From positions 331,638,001 to 331,702,000 of the forward strand of contig CM097882.1 in the NCBI GenBank assembly GCA_044892505.1: DNA of 64,000 bases, in the 5' to 3' direction. The stretch comes from Schmidtea nova. Its lineage: Eukaryota. Made by a program: the position numbers and the translations under genes. Positions 12,007 through 25,042 of the stretch are shown piece after piece. The notes beneath the pieces were generated by a model. That model was not told the origin of the DNA. It worked only from the letters and a program-made list of their open reading frames with translations, and did not search any database. The first letter of the stretch is position 1. Every line of letters starts with the position of its first letter.

Positions 12007-12607
12007 ATTATATCTCGACTGGAATTAATCAAGCTTATCACGAGCCGTTCCTTCGCCTGATCGCACCCGTTATACCCATTTACTTTTCACCCTCATTTAA
12101 CCACCTCTCCTAACACAAATTCTCCTCCCTTCGCCTTTATTTTATATTTCGTGCATAAAATCAGTCTCAAAATTTTCTGACTATCTCTCACCTGGTACTA
12201 GGGATTGTAGCCCGGGATCCCAGTGTTTCCTTAAATCCAGAAATTCCGGGATTGAAATAACTAACCAAGGGATTTATGTTTTAAAATATTTTTCTCTTCA
12301 ACATTTTCTAAGAATATAATTCTCAACAAATTTTTATTTTTTATGAAATGTGAGTTGCTATATAGGTAAAAACATTAATTAAGAATTGAATAAAAATAAT
12401 TCTAAAATATATATTAAAATAAACATTCTGTAATTAATTTTTCAATGACCATAAATCAATTTATTATAGACTATTATAATTTTAAAATATAATTTTTACA
12501 ATATAGATAAATATATTTAACAAATATCTTTCATTATCATTTGGTTAAAATGTTGTATTTTAAAACATTTTTTTAGTTTTTGTTTTTTTTTTCATTTAGA
12601 AATCTCC

Positions 12608-13600
12608 ATGGCTTACAAAGACTATTCAACTAAAAGTACTTCTGATATTTGAAAACATTTTTAAGTTGTAAAAACGGACAAACAGCTAAGTGTATGCTGA
12701 CTAACTACCAGAAAATTGCTAGTGGTTCTACAAAAGGTCTTCATACGCACTTAATTTTGGTTCATAAAATTAAAGCTGTACTCATTTACTTCTGCCGAAG
12801 AAAATTCATTAGAATTAGAAGTTCCCCCAAAGAAAAAGACAAAAAACTTACCGATTATTTTTCAGTTTTGGAATGTGAAGACAAATCACTGAAAGCTACT
12901 CTTGCACGCTTAACTGCCCTTGATCGTATTTCGTTTAACGTTATAAGTTCTTCTGATTTACGTGCAGGTCTAGAAGCTAGTGGATATAAAAATCTACCCA
13001 CATCAGCTAACAGAGTTCGAAAAATTGCTATATAATATAGTAATAAATTAGAAAACTCAATAATCAGTGAAATATCTAATAAAAAAATGTTGGATATGTT
13101 GTAGGAGAAAGATTTTCGTTATCCTTCGATGAATGGATGTCACTAAAAAATCGACGCTATTTAAATATTATTGTACATGGAGAAAATTCGAATTTTTGGA
13201 GCTTAGGTTTAGCGCGGATATGTGGCACATTACCAGCTAAAAATGTATTGAATTATTGGAAGAAAAACTGGCAAAACATTAACTTAATCTCGATACTGAC
13301 ATTGTGGCAATTATGACGGATCTTGAAAGCTTAATGAAAAAAGTAGGCAGAATATTATCTGTAGATCAACAGTTATGTTCTGCACATGGTGTGCAGTTGG
13401 CAGTTATTGATGTAATTTATAATAGGTTGGAAATTAAATCAGATCAGCAACAACGAAAAAGAAATTTATTTCACAGACATAGAGTGACTCGTGCCTGGAG
13501 CAGGATGTTTTTGACAATGAAGAATTCTTTGACAGTAGTCTGAGTAATGGAAGAAATTAGATAACTAAAACAAATATTGGTCCACTGATAGATAAGGTAC
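12608..13600 (+). pseudogene. hAT transposase 5' part (BED finger, FDEW, CxAH motifs)
   Basis: DI*KHF...C...GSTKGLHTHL; SFDEWMSLKNRRYLNI; QLCSAHGVQLAVIDV. Confidence 0.85.
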
Positions 13601-15188
13601 TGTTGGGCCAGCCAAGTAGAGGTCACGCTTGCAATTAAATAAAATAATAAATTAATTAATCAAAGTAGACAAATTACCCCACAGTAACAAGAAATCTAAA
13701 TAAAACAAAAATAAACATAAGAATAATCAATAAAAGAAAACACAATTACCAAAATGGTAACAAATGGGATTCATGTCTGACTGAACCTAGAAAATAACCT
13801 AGAAATCAATAGAATTAATAAAAAATATATTTGTAAATACCGACAATCCCAAGGAATGGATTAAATCTTAAAAACAAATAATGAAATAAAATTGACAAGT
13901 AAAGCAATCTGTTACCCATATTGGGATGCACGGTAAACAAAAATCGGTTAAAAAATAAGAATTGATAGAAAAAAATAAGAAATTAAAAAAAATAACGGAA
14001 ATAAAAAGAAATCGATCGAGAAATAAAGTAAACAGCGGTTATGGCGAATTAAAAAAAATAAAATAAAATGAAACGGAATAAAAATATAAAAATACGAAAA
14101 AATACAAGAAAAAAAGATACTTCTGATTATAATAAATAAACAATAAAATAGAAAAAAAAGAAAATAAATAGAAAATAAATAAAAATTATCAAATTAAATA
14201 ATCCAGCCAATTAAAGACTTGGTTCGGATTTGATTGGTTAACTGAACGTCAAAATTATTATATAAAGGGCGCTTGATTCAGCGTAGGAGCAATTATTTGC
14301 TAAGCATTTTTTTGAATTTTTTAGCATTAAATAATTATCATCGACTACTATCAGTGCAAATCATCGTACTTGAACTATAACCGTTGAACACCAAATTTTC
14401 CAAGAGACATCGAATCAATATCACCGAAATTCGTTTACCGAAGCGAACTATCTTAGAAGCACTTGTGGAAAATTTCATTGTAACTCTCTCAGTTTATAAT
14501 ATATGTATTATAGTTAAAAGTCAACGTGTTTTGTTATTCAATACTGTGTTTTCATATGTTCAGATTTTTCGTTTAAAAGAGATAATAATTTTCAGTTTTT
14601 GGAAGCTATGGACGGCCAATGGGGTCGCCAGCTCCGTGGTGATCTGTTTATTAGGTCTGCCCCAAGATAGGCTGGATGAAGAGAACATCAATTCCAATTG
14701 AAGTGTAGAGTAAGTAAAGTGAATTAAGGATGCCTAAATGCCAATGTAGACCGGTCACGTCCGAAATGTACGAAATTAGCTAACCGTGAACTAAAAGTAG
14801 AATCATGTAAATCGTGAATTACCCTAAATTATTTTGTCAGAAAACGAGATAGATAAAACGGAAAATTCCGTAGTTACATTGATTCCAAGCCGATCCAGCA
14901 ATTTGAAATACCAATTGAAATCATCAGCTAGAATACATTCTTTACCCGTGATTAATTCCGCAAAGTATGTGGATCGACATCATCTAATAAAATTACATAA
15001 TAACCGATAATAGCGAAACCACTACATCAGCCCCCATCGGAAGATGCGGAGCGCATTTTGAAATACTATAAAAATCATTATTAAAAGAAGAGTGAATATA
15101 CCCAAAAGGAAGTACAGTGAGTCAAGGGAGGAGTCGGGTGTAAAGGGGCCGGTGCACGAGGAGGAGAAATTATGACAATTTTATTCTG

Positions 15189-15509
15189 ATGGCAATGCCT
15201 CTGAAGCGGAATATCCCTTCCAAGCTTGCTCGAGAAATTTTCTTAGACTACTCAGAGACGCTCATCATCTATCGCGATAGCCCCGACCATATAATCTGGT
15301 TCGGTGGGCCGGAGTGGCCAATTGACGTGGCAGATACGTCAAAGTATTTTGTCGAGACTCCAATTGATGTCGCGAGTCTCGAGATCATACAGTTCGTGGG
15401 CACCATATCGGCCGGGGAATTTCGGAAAATTGACCAAGAAATATACGACGGAGATATATATGCACCTGTTCCCGACTCACTTGAAAGCCTAATTGGAGCT
15501 GATGCATGA
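15189..15509 (+). CDS. ORF1-family orphan protein (MPLKxIP...RDxPxxIIWxGxxEWPI), open frame
   Basis: 106 aa; motif shared with the ORFs at 25043, 33028, 39434 and 45819. Confidence 0.75.
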   Translation: MAMPLKRNIPSKLAREIFLDYSETLIIYRDSPDHIIWFGGPEWPIDVADTSKYFVETPIDVASLEIIQFVGTISAGEFRKIDQEIYDGDIYAPVPDSLESLIGADA

Positions 15510-15867
15510 ACCCAAAAGCTACTAACATCCTCATTATCCTAATATCTGTTGTAAATTACCTAAATAAATCTTTTGTTATTAAAGATTGGTGTTCTAGCTG
15601 TAATGAATAGATTATGATCAAGCTGATTTTAATAGAGTATGGAAATAGTAATCGAGCTGTAGGCGATAGTAATAAAGCAATGATAGCGACCGTAAAGGTG
15701 ATAGACGGAGTGTAAATCCACTTAGAGGAGAACCAGTATTAAGCGATACCCAGGGTAGATCTATACTCATAGGTTTTCAGGTAGCGAAGTTTATTACCCA
15801 GTAATATTTGTAGGGGCAGTACAACAAATTCATATCATGATATTTAAATAATAATCATTTAAGGAGT

Positions 15868-16290
15868 ATGTCAAACATGAACGTAGATAGGAACGATCCA
15901 GGCATAGGGATCCTAAAGAGGAGAGTTGTAGAGCTGGAAGGTACATATTTTTAACCAGCCGATATGAAGATACAACTATTCAATTTAGCCCGGATGCGAG
16001 AAGCGAATGATGACCTCAAGTTAGGGCTCGAAGTTGTCCGGATCGAGTTGAGGAAGTGTAGAAAATATATTACGGGAAGATTCGTAAGGGAAGAGCTAGA
16101 GAGCCTAATCAGACCATTAACTCTATCTGAGTGGTACCCAGAGGCCGCCGCCATTAAACACTACGAGATAGAAGTACATGGACCACCGCCGAAGAGGAAG
16201 CGGAAGAGGATTAGTTCTAAAAAACGGCAGAGATGGAAAAGACAGAGGATGGAGGAAGAAAACAAACGACTTGTGTCCGAAGACGTGTAA
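15868..16290 (+). pseudogene. ORF2-family protein with one in-frame TAA
   Basis: MSNMNVDRNDPGIGILKRRVVELEGTYF*PADMKIQ...EELESLIRPLT...KRKRKRISSKKRQRWKR. Confidence 0.75.
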
Positions 16291-16481
16291 TGCGTTGAAT
16301 GATTATAAATATATGCATTTACTTCGAGTCGAATTTTTGTTTTTATTTGATAATTTCAGCCATGGTGCGTAGTAAAGTAAGATAAGAATAACCCTAAAAT
16401 CGCGTGTTCCGCTCTAGAGTCAACCGTAGATTAGTTACACCCATAATTAGTGACCCGCGACTGGGGTGAAACGGGAATTAA

Positions 16482-16684
16482 GCAAAAGCCTTCTATTGGT
16501 TAGTAGGGAAAAATCGAGAGTAGTTTTTGTAAAGAAGCTCACCTGCCGATTCACATTCGCCTGTTTTGAACATCACCATCGTAAGTAGTTAGAGTATTTA
16601 CGGGCACATGGACAGTATGATTTTTGTGTTATATTACAACCCTAGATGAAAATAGGAATAAGAAAAACCCAATCGAAACCAGCG
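16482..16684 (+). ncRNA. 3' structured RNA module, copy B
   Basis: AATCG/CGATT stem; GTTTTT-GTAA-AGAAGC; CGTAAGTA/TATTTACG. Confidence 0.65.
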
Positions 16685-16696
16685 AATAAAACCTAG

Positions 16697-16743
16697 CCCT
16701 CGTACCCAAGATTGTCAAGCAAGAGTGAGCGTTGATCTGAGAA

Positions 16744-16814
<71 letters not shown>

Positions 16815-17920
16815 ATTGACTTCCTAAACATTTATGACGAACCGGCTGTTACATTGTTGAACGTCGTTAATTCCATTTGTGAAATAGAGTAATATAACGA
16901 GGAGGCCCGGGATGGCTAATTACTGACCAATTTTATTCGCCGAAGTTCGGGCGACTCCTAATTTTACTAAAAGGTCAAAATTTTAAATCCCAATTAAATT
17001 AAAATTATTAAGCCCAAATTACAAATACATTTAAAATTCTTTATTATTAACACCAAATTACAAATACATTTTTAAATCCCCATCAGTCACATCTAAATTT
17101 AAGGGGTGGGAATGATCGCTGGGGCCCACTACAACAATCCTAAATCCCCCCCATTAAATTTACATTTAATTTTAAATTTTTAAAAATTTTATAATAAAGT
17201 GCGGCGCTATGACCACTACAAGAAATCAGAAGGCTTACCCGCTTTTGCGTGCCACCCCCGCTCTGCTACCCGATCAAAAACCATTAAAGGGGAACTTGCA
17301 AGATTGGGATTTCAACTTTTCACCTCACCCCTCGTTCCCAAGATTGTCAAGCAAGAGTGAGCGTTGATCTGAGAATGCAATATATATATATATATATATA
17401 TGTATAAGACTGACGTCCTAAACATTTATGACGAACCGGCTGTTACATTGTTGAACGTCGTTAATTCCATTTGTGAAATAGAGTAGTGTATCGAGGAGGC
17501 CCGGGATGGCTGATTACTGACCAATTTTATTCACCGAAGTTCAGGCGACTCCTAATTTTAATAAAAGATCAAAATTTTAAATCCCAATTAAATTAAAATT
17601 ATTTAGCCCAAATTACAAATACATTTAAAATTCTTTATTATTAACACCAAATTACAAATACATTTTTAAATCCCCATCAGTCACATCTAAATTTAAGGGG
17701 TGGGAATGATCGCTGGGGCCCACTACAACAATCCTAAATCCCCCCATTAAATTTACGTTTAATTTTAAATTTTTAAAAACTTTATAATAAAGTGCGGCGC
17801 TATGACCACTACAAAAAATCAGATGGCTTACCCGCTTTTGCGTGCCCCCCCGCTCTGCTACCCGATCAAAAATCATTAAAGGGGAACTTGCAAGATTGGT
17901 ATTTCAACTTTTCACCTCAC
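16697..17920. repeat. Tandem duplication of a ~600-630 bp unit containing a TA tract
   Basis: Units start ccctcgt(a/t)cccaagattgtcaagc at 16697 and 17329 and are highly similar. Confidence 0.9.
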
Positions 17921-18195
17921 TTCGGCCCCTCGGGAAGGAATACGAGATCAGTCAACCGGAGTTCTCACTGGAAAATATACGCCGTGCACCCATAAATCAA
18001 TGGCTCCACGAAGCTTATGTCTTCGGCAGCGCATAATCATCGAACGAACTATTTGTGTGCCATAGCATCTAATAAATTCGAATTTTGAATTTAGTTTTAT
18101 TGATTAGGCTAATTTTTTTCATTTCATAGAATAGAATGTTCATTAATACCAAATAAAAATTTCCATAAATAACCATTAATTAAAGTACCTTCAGT

Positions 18196-18789
18196 ATGAA
18201 CCAGGAAACAAGCCAACAAAAATAACTCGATAAAATGTGGAGGATTAAAAGGGCTCAAGAGAGGGAGCTAGAACAATTAAAGGCCCAACTGGCAAAGGTA
18301 CAAGCCCAAGTACAGTATGTAAGGAAGAGCTGGTTTGCGCTAGCCCGAATAAAAGAGCAGATAACCCGAACCAAACGGGCGCAGCTGACAGCGGATGATT
18401 ATAAAGTAGAGTGGGAGGCCACCAAAATAGAAATGAGAAAGTGCCTCCGCTCAGTGACAACTTCTTTTATCGTAAAAGAGTTGCGGTCTCAAATTAGACC
18501 TATAACATATCATAATTGGGTGACGTAAAGAAAACCGACTTGTTTAGTTGGAACCGATATAGAAGGCCTAAGTTCCACGATAGCGTCAAGTCCAGCAGAA
18601 CCTCCAAAAACAATAAGCTCCACAGGCGGAGTTAGGAAAAGGAATAGGATTGGTTCAAAGCGTAGGCGTCAAAAGAAGTTGTTTGCACAGCAACTACATG
18701 CGCAAATCGAACACCTGACGAATCTAGGCAACAACGAATTATTGGCAGAGGTTTTTTCCATGGAAGGAATTTTTGAGGAGTTTTTGTAA
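18196..18789 (+). pseudogene. ORF2-family protein with two in-frame TAA codons (copy C, 5'-truncated element ending at 19208)
   Basis: MNQETSQQK*LDKMWRI...ELRSQIRPITYHNWVT*RK...RKRNRIGSKRRRQKKLFAQQL. Confidence 0.8.
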
Positions 18790-18975
18790 ATAATAAAGTA
18801 TTCGTGAAGGTGTATCGGAGTTTTGATGTTGTTGTTCACATTTTTTCCTTTAACTTTAATGTAGCTAAAATTAAACTAAATCTGGAAAGAACTAGCAAGG
18901 GGTAGTTAATCTAGTAGAATTAAACGATAAAGAATCATTACACGGGAAATTTGTTTAATTAAAATGTAGACGATA

Positions 18976-19208
18976 GCGTAAGACCTTCTAACGGCAGCGT
19001 GAACCCGCGAAAATAAATGGGGAGTAGTTCTAGCAGTAAAACTCACCTGCCCATCATTTTTTCAACCACCCTGCGCATCACCAACTTAACTGCATAGGGA
19101 AATAGTTAAGGGCGCTCGTGTGGAAGTTGCAAATGTTTATGTATGGTCATCGGGTATCCCTAGCATAATTACGTGTTGATTGTTTTCGGCCCACCCATAA
19201 ACCCAGCA
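18976..19208 (+). ncRNA. 3' structured RNA module, copy C, ending AAACCCAGCA
   Basis: gcgtaagaccttctaacggcagc; ATGGG/CCCAT; CTTAACTG/TAGTTAAG. Confidence 0.7.
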
Positions 19209-19277
19209 TTACACATTTCAAAATGGAATAAATTCACAATAAAAATTTTTAATAATATATAAGTAATTATTTTTCGT

Positions 19278-19519
19278 TTACATGTGGTTTTTTTCAAAAC
19301 AAGGTACCACACAAAGTGGTACTTCATAGGTCGAGCACCAGTAACGTGACTCTACGAATATTATTTTTTGAACAGACTGCACATCTTCGACATATTTGCT
19401 TTCGATGATGTAGCTGGAATGAAATTGGGGAAATGTTTTCCGATGAGACGTGTAGGTTTGGAACTTTTTGTTGGTCGACCAATGTTGTTTGAAATCGGTG
19501 TATGCTGAAGTATATATTG
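19278..19519 (-). pseudogene. piggyBac transposase C-terminal Cys-rich domain fragment
   Basis: RLIGKHFPNFIP...KMCAVCSKNNIR/ESRYWCSTYEVPLCVVPCFEKNH*. Confidence 0.75.
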
Positions 19520-19741
19520 TGGTGGGTTGTTGATCGTCAATATGACCTTGACGTTGCTATGGCTCTCATCAACAACTCAACACATAAAACATTGAAATAA
19601 CCATCTTGCTACCCGTCACTATGTAACGTTGGTACTGTAACAAGTGGGTAGGTATTCGCAATCAGTGAGCGTCGTCAATACGAAACTATGATTGACCGAA
19701 TATCTCCTGTGTCCAGGGGCTACCGATAGAAGGTTTAATGC
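19520..19741 (-). ncRNA. 3' structured RNA module, subtype II (copy J)
   Basis: CCTTCTATCGGTAGC; CAATCA-TA-G..C-TCAC-TGATTG; CTTGTTA-CAGTA-CC-AA-CGTTAC/GTGACG-GG-TAGCAAG; GTTGTTGAT/ATCAACAAC. Confidence 0.7.
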
Positions 19742-20172
19742 CCATTTTTGTCCCTTCGACGATTTACCTATAAGCTTTCAATAAAAATTTTATCGGAAAT
19801 TCAACATAAACATTCTACATAATTATAAATTTATTATTGTATACAAATATATTATTCCGAGCATCAAAAACCCTAATATAACTTTATATTTTACCAATAT
19901 TGCAATTTACGATAGTTAACACATAAAATATTTTATTTTTATAGAAAAAATTTTAATCTGCATTTGAAATTTAAGAAAAACTTTAATTATTATTCTATAA
20001 ACAGTAATTTTATAAACAATAAAAATAAATTTTTCTTTTGTTTAAAATTGTTAATTTAATAAAAAGGACAAATTATCTCAATTCAAAAATCATATTGACT
20101 TTAAATGTAAGTTTTTGAATTTTTTCCCTAAATTGATTAAATAATGATTTCTAAAGCTCAGACCAACAAAAG

Positions 20173-20428
20173 ATGGATATCCCCAGCAGCTATGAAGTCA
20201 GAGAAGAATTCTCCCATCCGGAATGGGTCAAAAAACTAGAATTCCAGCTCCTACGAAGCAAAATTGCCAACTTTATCGACAAGGTAATATTTTGATTATT
20301 TGAGAATTATAATTTATCTATAACAATTTTAGAAAGAATTTTTAAAGAGAATCCATTGGAACCCTCCCTTCAATAATTGCAAACGGGAAAAATCCTTGCC
20401 GGAGATTTTTGAAGGCCGTCAATTTTAA
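20173..20428 (+). CDS. Putative 68-aa two-exon orphan gene antisense within element J (exons 20173-20283, 20333-20428)
   Basis: ATG...GAC AAG|gtaat...ttttag|AAA GAA TTT...TAA. The 49-nt GT-AG intron matches host intron size. Confidence 0.5.
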
Positions 20429-23033
20429 TCAATAAATTTTTAGATAAATTTTTCGTTTTTACTTTTTTTCCGTTTGATTTTTTATCATTTTTATGTCATT
20501 TTGGTAAGTAGAAAGATTATAATGTAAATGGCCTGTTTGATTGCACTAGTTTTGACTGGGTATATTTAATTTTAAAGATGGTATGGTTGAATGAAAGCAA
20601 TTTTTGTATGGTTTTTCTGGATGTGTGATGCTAACTAACATAACTGTAGAATTTTCGGTATGGTTTGCTTGTGTGTATATAACTGTAGAATGTTAATAAA
20701 TGATACTGTGTATGTGTGTATATTATATTTTAAATAGATGTTGCTTGTGTATTAGTATGGAAGATGCTATTGAATGAAGTGGATGTAATTTTTTGCAAAT
20801 ACGGATGCGTTATGATTTTGAGATATCGTGGGGGTAGTTATAGTATACTATATATATAAATTATATAAAATATTTTTAAAATTAAAATAATAATAATAAT
20901 TTTTATAATACTTTTTATAAATTTTAAATTTATAATTTTATGAAAGTAATATAATAATAAAATTTCTAATTTTTATAATATTCATTTTTAAATTCAAATT
21001 TTTATATTTTAAGAATATATATATTAATAGTAAAAATTTTTCTATGAAATTTCGAAATTTTTGAATTTTCTAAAATGATAAAATTTTCAATATAATAATA
21101 ATATTTTCGATTTAAAATTTTTATGAGTTTCTATATAATTTTTAATATACAAATTCTCTGGAATTTTATGAAATGATAAAATCTTTTAGATAATAACAAT
21201 ATTAGGAAAATTTTGGTTTACAATTTTTCATTATAAAATTTTTGCAGTATAATAAAAAGTAAAATTTTTATTTTTGATCAAAACGAAATTCACATAATAA
21301 TAAATTTTTATCCACAAATTTCGAAATCCAAATAAGCATTCGACCTAAAAAGTTTTGTATACTGCATAAAAATGAAAATAAAATAAGTTATAAATTTTTC
21401 AACGAATATTTTTAACATCAAGTAAAGTGAATTTCGGTTTCGTCCAAGCATGAATTTCCCAATCAAAGTGCGCGCGAATTTTTCGGGACACTTCACTTAG
21501 GAACTTCAGGCTCCCGAAAAACAAGATTCACTAGAGAAAATTATTTAGATAATAAATGGGGTTAAATTCAGATCATCAATACTTGTCCTAATAATTCATT
21601 TCATTTCGTGATCATTATATCAGTTTTGAGCATTTTTTCATACGATTCTTTTTTCAATATTAGCTTCCATTTCACTTGCGTTTTCGGATAAGATGACAGT
21701 TGTTTGCGAGAAATGAAGGCGAATGACGAGTAAAATGTTCTTGCATAAATTATTTTTCATAATGGAAAAGGCATTGCTGGAGAAAATCATCTTTACGTTT
21801 ACGTGTGGTATTAATTTTTAAACGATGAATATGTCAGAAATTATAAATTCGGATAAACTACCTTTATTATAAATCAAATATCATTAATATAACATCTTGC
21901 CTTTGGCCAAGCCACTGTTCCCCAGTAGGGATGAAGTGAACATGGATGTTTAGGCTATTCACCTGGACTCGGAAATATGGGCTGATCGATTACGAATCGA
22001 ACCAGCGATCCGCCCAGGCTACTTCCACCCGATCGGCACATGGCCAGACACAGACTTCAGGGGGTACGGAAGCAAAAAAAAATTATTAATTTTATTTTTG
22101 TGCAATAAATATTAAAATGAATTTCAGTAAAATATGGGAACCTATAACAAGATTAAAATCAAAATAATGAACAAAATAACTTTCATTAAATATTTTATAT
22201 AATAATTAAAATTGATTATGATAAATATAGACAATCAATAAAATTAACAAATAATAAAATAATACCAGGTACGGGGTAACTGAAAGGGCATGCTGTTCAG
22301 TGACCCCGCACCGAACAAAAGAATGCTTCTTACCAAATTTTTTTTTCCACAAATTCTTCAATTCTAAAAAATTTTCCCACTAAATTCTCAAAAATTCTGA
22401 TTATTGCCATTTTGATGGCGGTATATATACCATCGATTTTGCGTTACCTTCAGTAGTGTAATAAAACAAATTGTTCTAGAATTTTCCTTTTAATTTTTCT
22501 AATTTAATTCTAATGATTTTCCGAAAATTAAATCCATATTTTTGTGTAATAATTTTTTACAAAACACAAATAATTTATTTTAATTCAAAATTTTTATTTT
22601 TGAATCGAAATTTGTTCGATTTGATTTAATTTACGATATTTCGATCAATATTAGTTCTTTTTGTTAATGTGAAATATTTTGATAAAATCACAATTTTCGG
22701 CTAAAATTTTGTTAATTTTTTCTGCATGAAGGTTTTATAACACAATTCCGTTTTTTATGGGTATTTTCAATGGGTTTTCCGCCTATTCTAACTTTCAAAC
22801 GTTCTTCTTTTGATGGCATTTGATTTTTCTCGAGGTTTCAGTGTAAGGGCTTTCAGACTTACAGCTAGCGCGTTCTCTACTGGTTGATGTATTTTGAGTC
22901 CACTTCACCTTTTGGTGTTTTTTACTTAATCGTTTGGATTTTTAATGGATATTTGGGTTAAAACTGAATCTTGCGCGCTCTTAACCTATGGGGTTATCGC
23001 TTTATTAAAACAATTTGTGGTTTTTGCCCAACA

Positions 23034-23640
23034 ATTGCTCAACAATTTGTTCAATACATTCGATTAGAAAATTCATTCGACTTGGTTTGTCATTATTCTT
23101 TTTATATAATATGTATGAATTCAAGCTAATAACATCTCTAAGATGTTATCCTTTTTCTTGCAATTGTATATGTTGCGATTATTCAATCGCTTCTGTCGAC
23201 ACCCCACTTTTTTACCATAATCAACAAATACTTTTGATTTAATTACTACAAGACCTATTTTAATATCCAATTAGCACCATGAATTGTACTCAGAAAAAGC
23301 ACAGCTCTTGTCCCGCCACTTCAATAACATAATTTTATTATTATTTATCGCCATACATTCACCCCATTTTAGTGTAGTTGTTTTTATAGTTGAAGGAATG
23401 CCAAGCTTCCTCTGTTGGATTGTACCAACAATATCGTGTTTGGAGGTACATAGGCTATTAGCGAGTTCTATGCTGGTGTACAAGTTATTCACATATACTC
23501 TATTATCCCTGATGTAATAGATCAGGCGATAGTTACAAAGCGATACGAGCTGCGGTCTTATATTCAGGATGATTATGACCATAATCTGTATTTTTACCGG
23601 TGTATAAACAGAAATTCTAAATGTATTCTGATTCACTTTC
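23034..23640 (-). pseudogene. piggyBac transposase central fragment
   Basis: NLYTSIELANSL...VGTIQ...LKWGE...LLKWRDK; GVDRSD; LNSYILYK. Confidence 0.8.
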
Positions 23641-23869
23641 GCATATTACATATAGCTCATAAACCAAGTAGAATCATGGAAGACATAAAGTAAAACAACT
23701 AATTAATTAATATTTTTATTACTTTTTATGGAAATTTGGGATTTTGTAGTAAAGGATAATTTTTTATTTTCCATGACGTGTATACACGTCGAACGCACTG
23801 GGATAGAGTTTTGAATTAACGTGTATACACGTCAAACACAGCTAACTGGTTAAAGATGCAAACAGTGAT

Positions 23870-24458
23870 TTAAGTAAGAAATTATATAAAGCTTTCATAC
23901 TTCGTATGAAAGAACGCCGCACAGATCTAAGTGGTTTTCTACAATACTTACACAATGACATAAGCAACGTCTCAAGAATAGATTTTATCTCAGTTCCTTT
24001 TTCAATTAAATGCTGTAAACTAATAGTGAAGTTACCTGTAAGGCTAAACGCTGCAAAAAACCACTGCATTTCTAACAGCTCATGCAACTGGATCTTCTAT
24101 TTCAAATGAGGTAACACTTGAAATTAATTCAGATCCTGATTTAATAACTGAATCAATTTGTACACAAAAACCATTAAGTGTAGCAGAGTAATTAGTTAAA
24201 ATTATTAAAGATGAATATGCATCAATGTAGGTAATTAGATTTGAGACACTCATCAAAAATTCAAAAAAGAAATGTCTCTGTTTGAAAATGGAGGGAAACG
24301 TGGAGACTATCTGGGAAGCAGATATTCCTTTTTATGACGTTAAAGTCTACTAGTGATGCCTGAACGAGCATTTTCTTCGGCAGGACAAATTGTAAAAAAA
24401 ATAAGAAGTCGTTTAAACGACGAAACGCTGGAAGAGCTGTTTCTAAAAGCATATTAAA
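23870..24458 (+). pseudogene. hAT transposase 3' part (dimerisation domain)
   Basis: ERAFSSAGQIVKKIRSRLNDETLEELFLKAY*. Confidence 0.85.
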
Positions 24459-25042
24459 AAAACTCAAGAAATAATGATTTTTTTTAAAATTTCATTCTTT
24501 AGCATTTCTTATTTGTTTTATGATAAATTGAGTTTTGTTTTGTTTCGACAAATAATAATAAAAAATCATTTTTTATTTATTTGCTCACTTTCATGTAATT
24601 TCAACTATGATAATTGTCCATTTCTAATCCAGGTGCCAATCCCGGGATCCCATTGATTGAAAATACAACACGGGATGGCAAACCCTACCTGGTACCCTTT
24701 TTGACTTTCGGCCTTTCTAACTCTATTTACCTTAAGTATTTACAGCTTCCCACGATGTCTTTCCATTCATTATAGTATGTTGCCTGGTTCGTTACCACAA
24801 TGAGTTAAACACATTAGAAATCTTATTTTATACAGATCCTAGTCTTGCAATTCACCTCACCCTTTATTTAAATTTTTATTTATTAATATAAAAAATTGAA
24901 TTAACAAGGCAAGAACAACAAAGATTTATAAAAATGCTTCTATTAAAATTAAATTTCGATTAACTAAACACACAAGGTTACAAAAATGTTCACGTAATCA
25001 CAAAAATTGTAATCGTCAATTGCGACGCATCTCCCAATCAGT

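Larger units (their letters stand above)
13601..16684 (+). mobile_element. TG..CA element copy B (3084 bp)
   Basis: Starts TGTTGGGCCAGC, ends GAAACCAGCG; promoter at 14232-14266, ORF1, ORF2 and 3' module. Flanks GTAC/AATA do not match. Confidence 0.8.
19520..23033 (-). mobile_element. TG..CA element copy J (subtype II, 3514 bp)
   Basis: On the minus strand it starts TGTTGGGC and ends CCCACCA; 4-bp TSD ATTG at 19516 and 23034; interrupts a piggyBac reading frame. Confidence 0.85.
12199..24687 (+). mobile_element. Degenerate hAT transposon inflated by about 10 kb of nested insertions
   Basis: Termini TAGGGATTG.../...CAAACCCTA; 8-bp TSD CCTGGTAC at 12191 and 24688. Confidence 0.9.
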
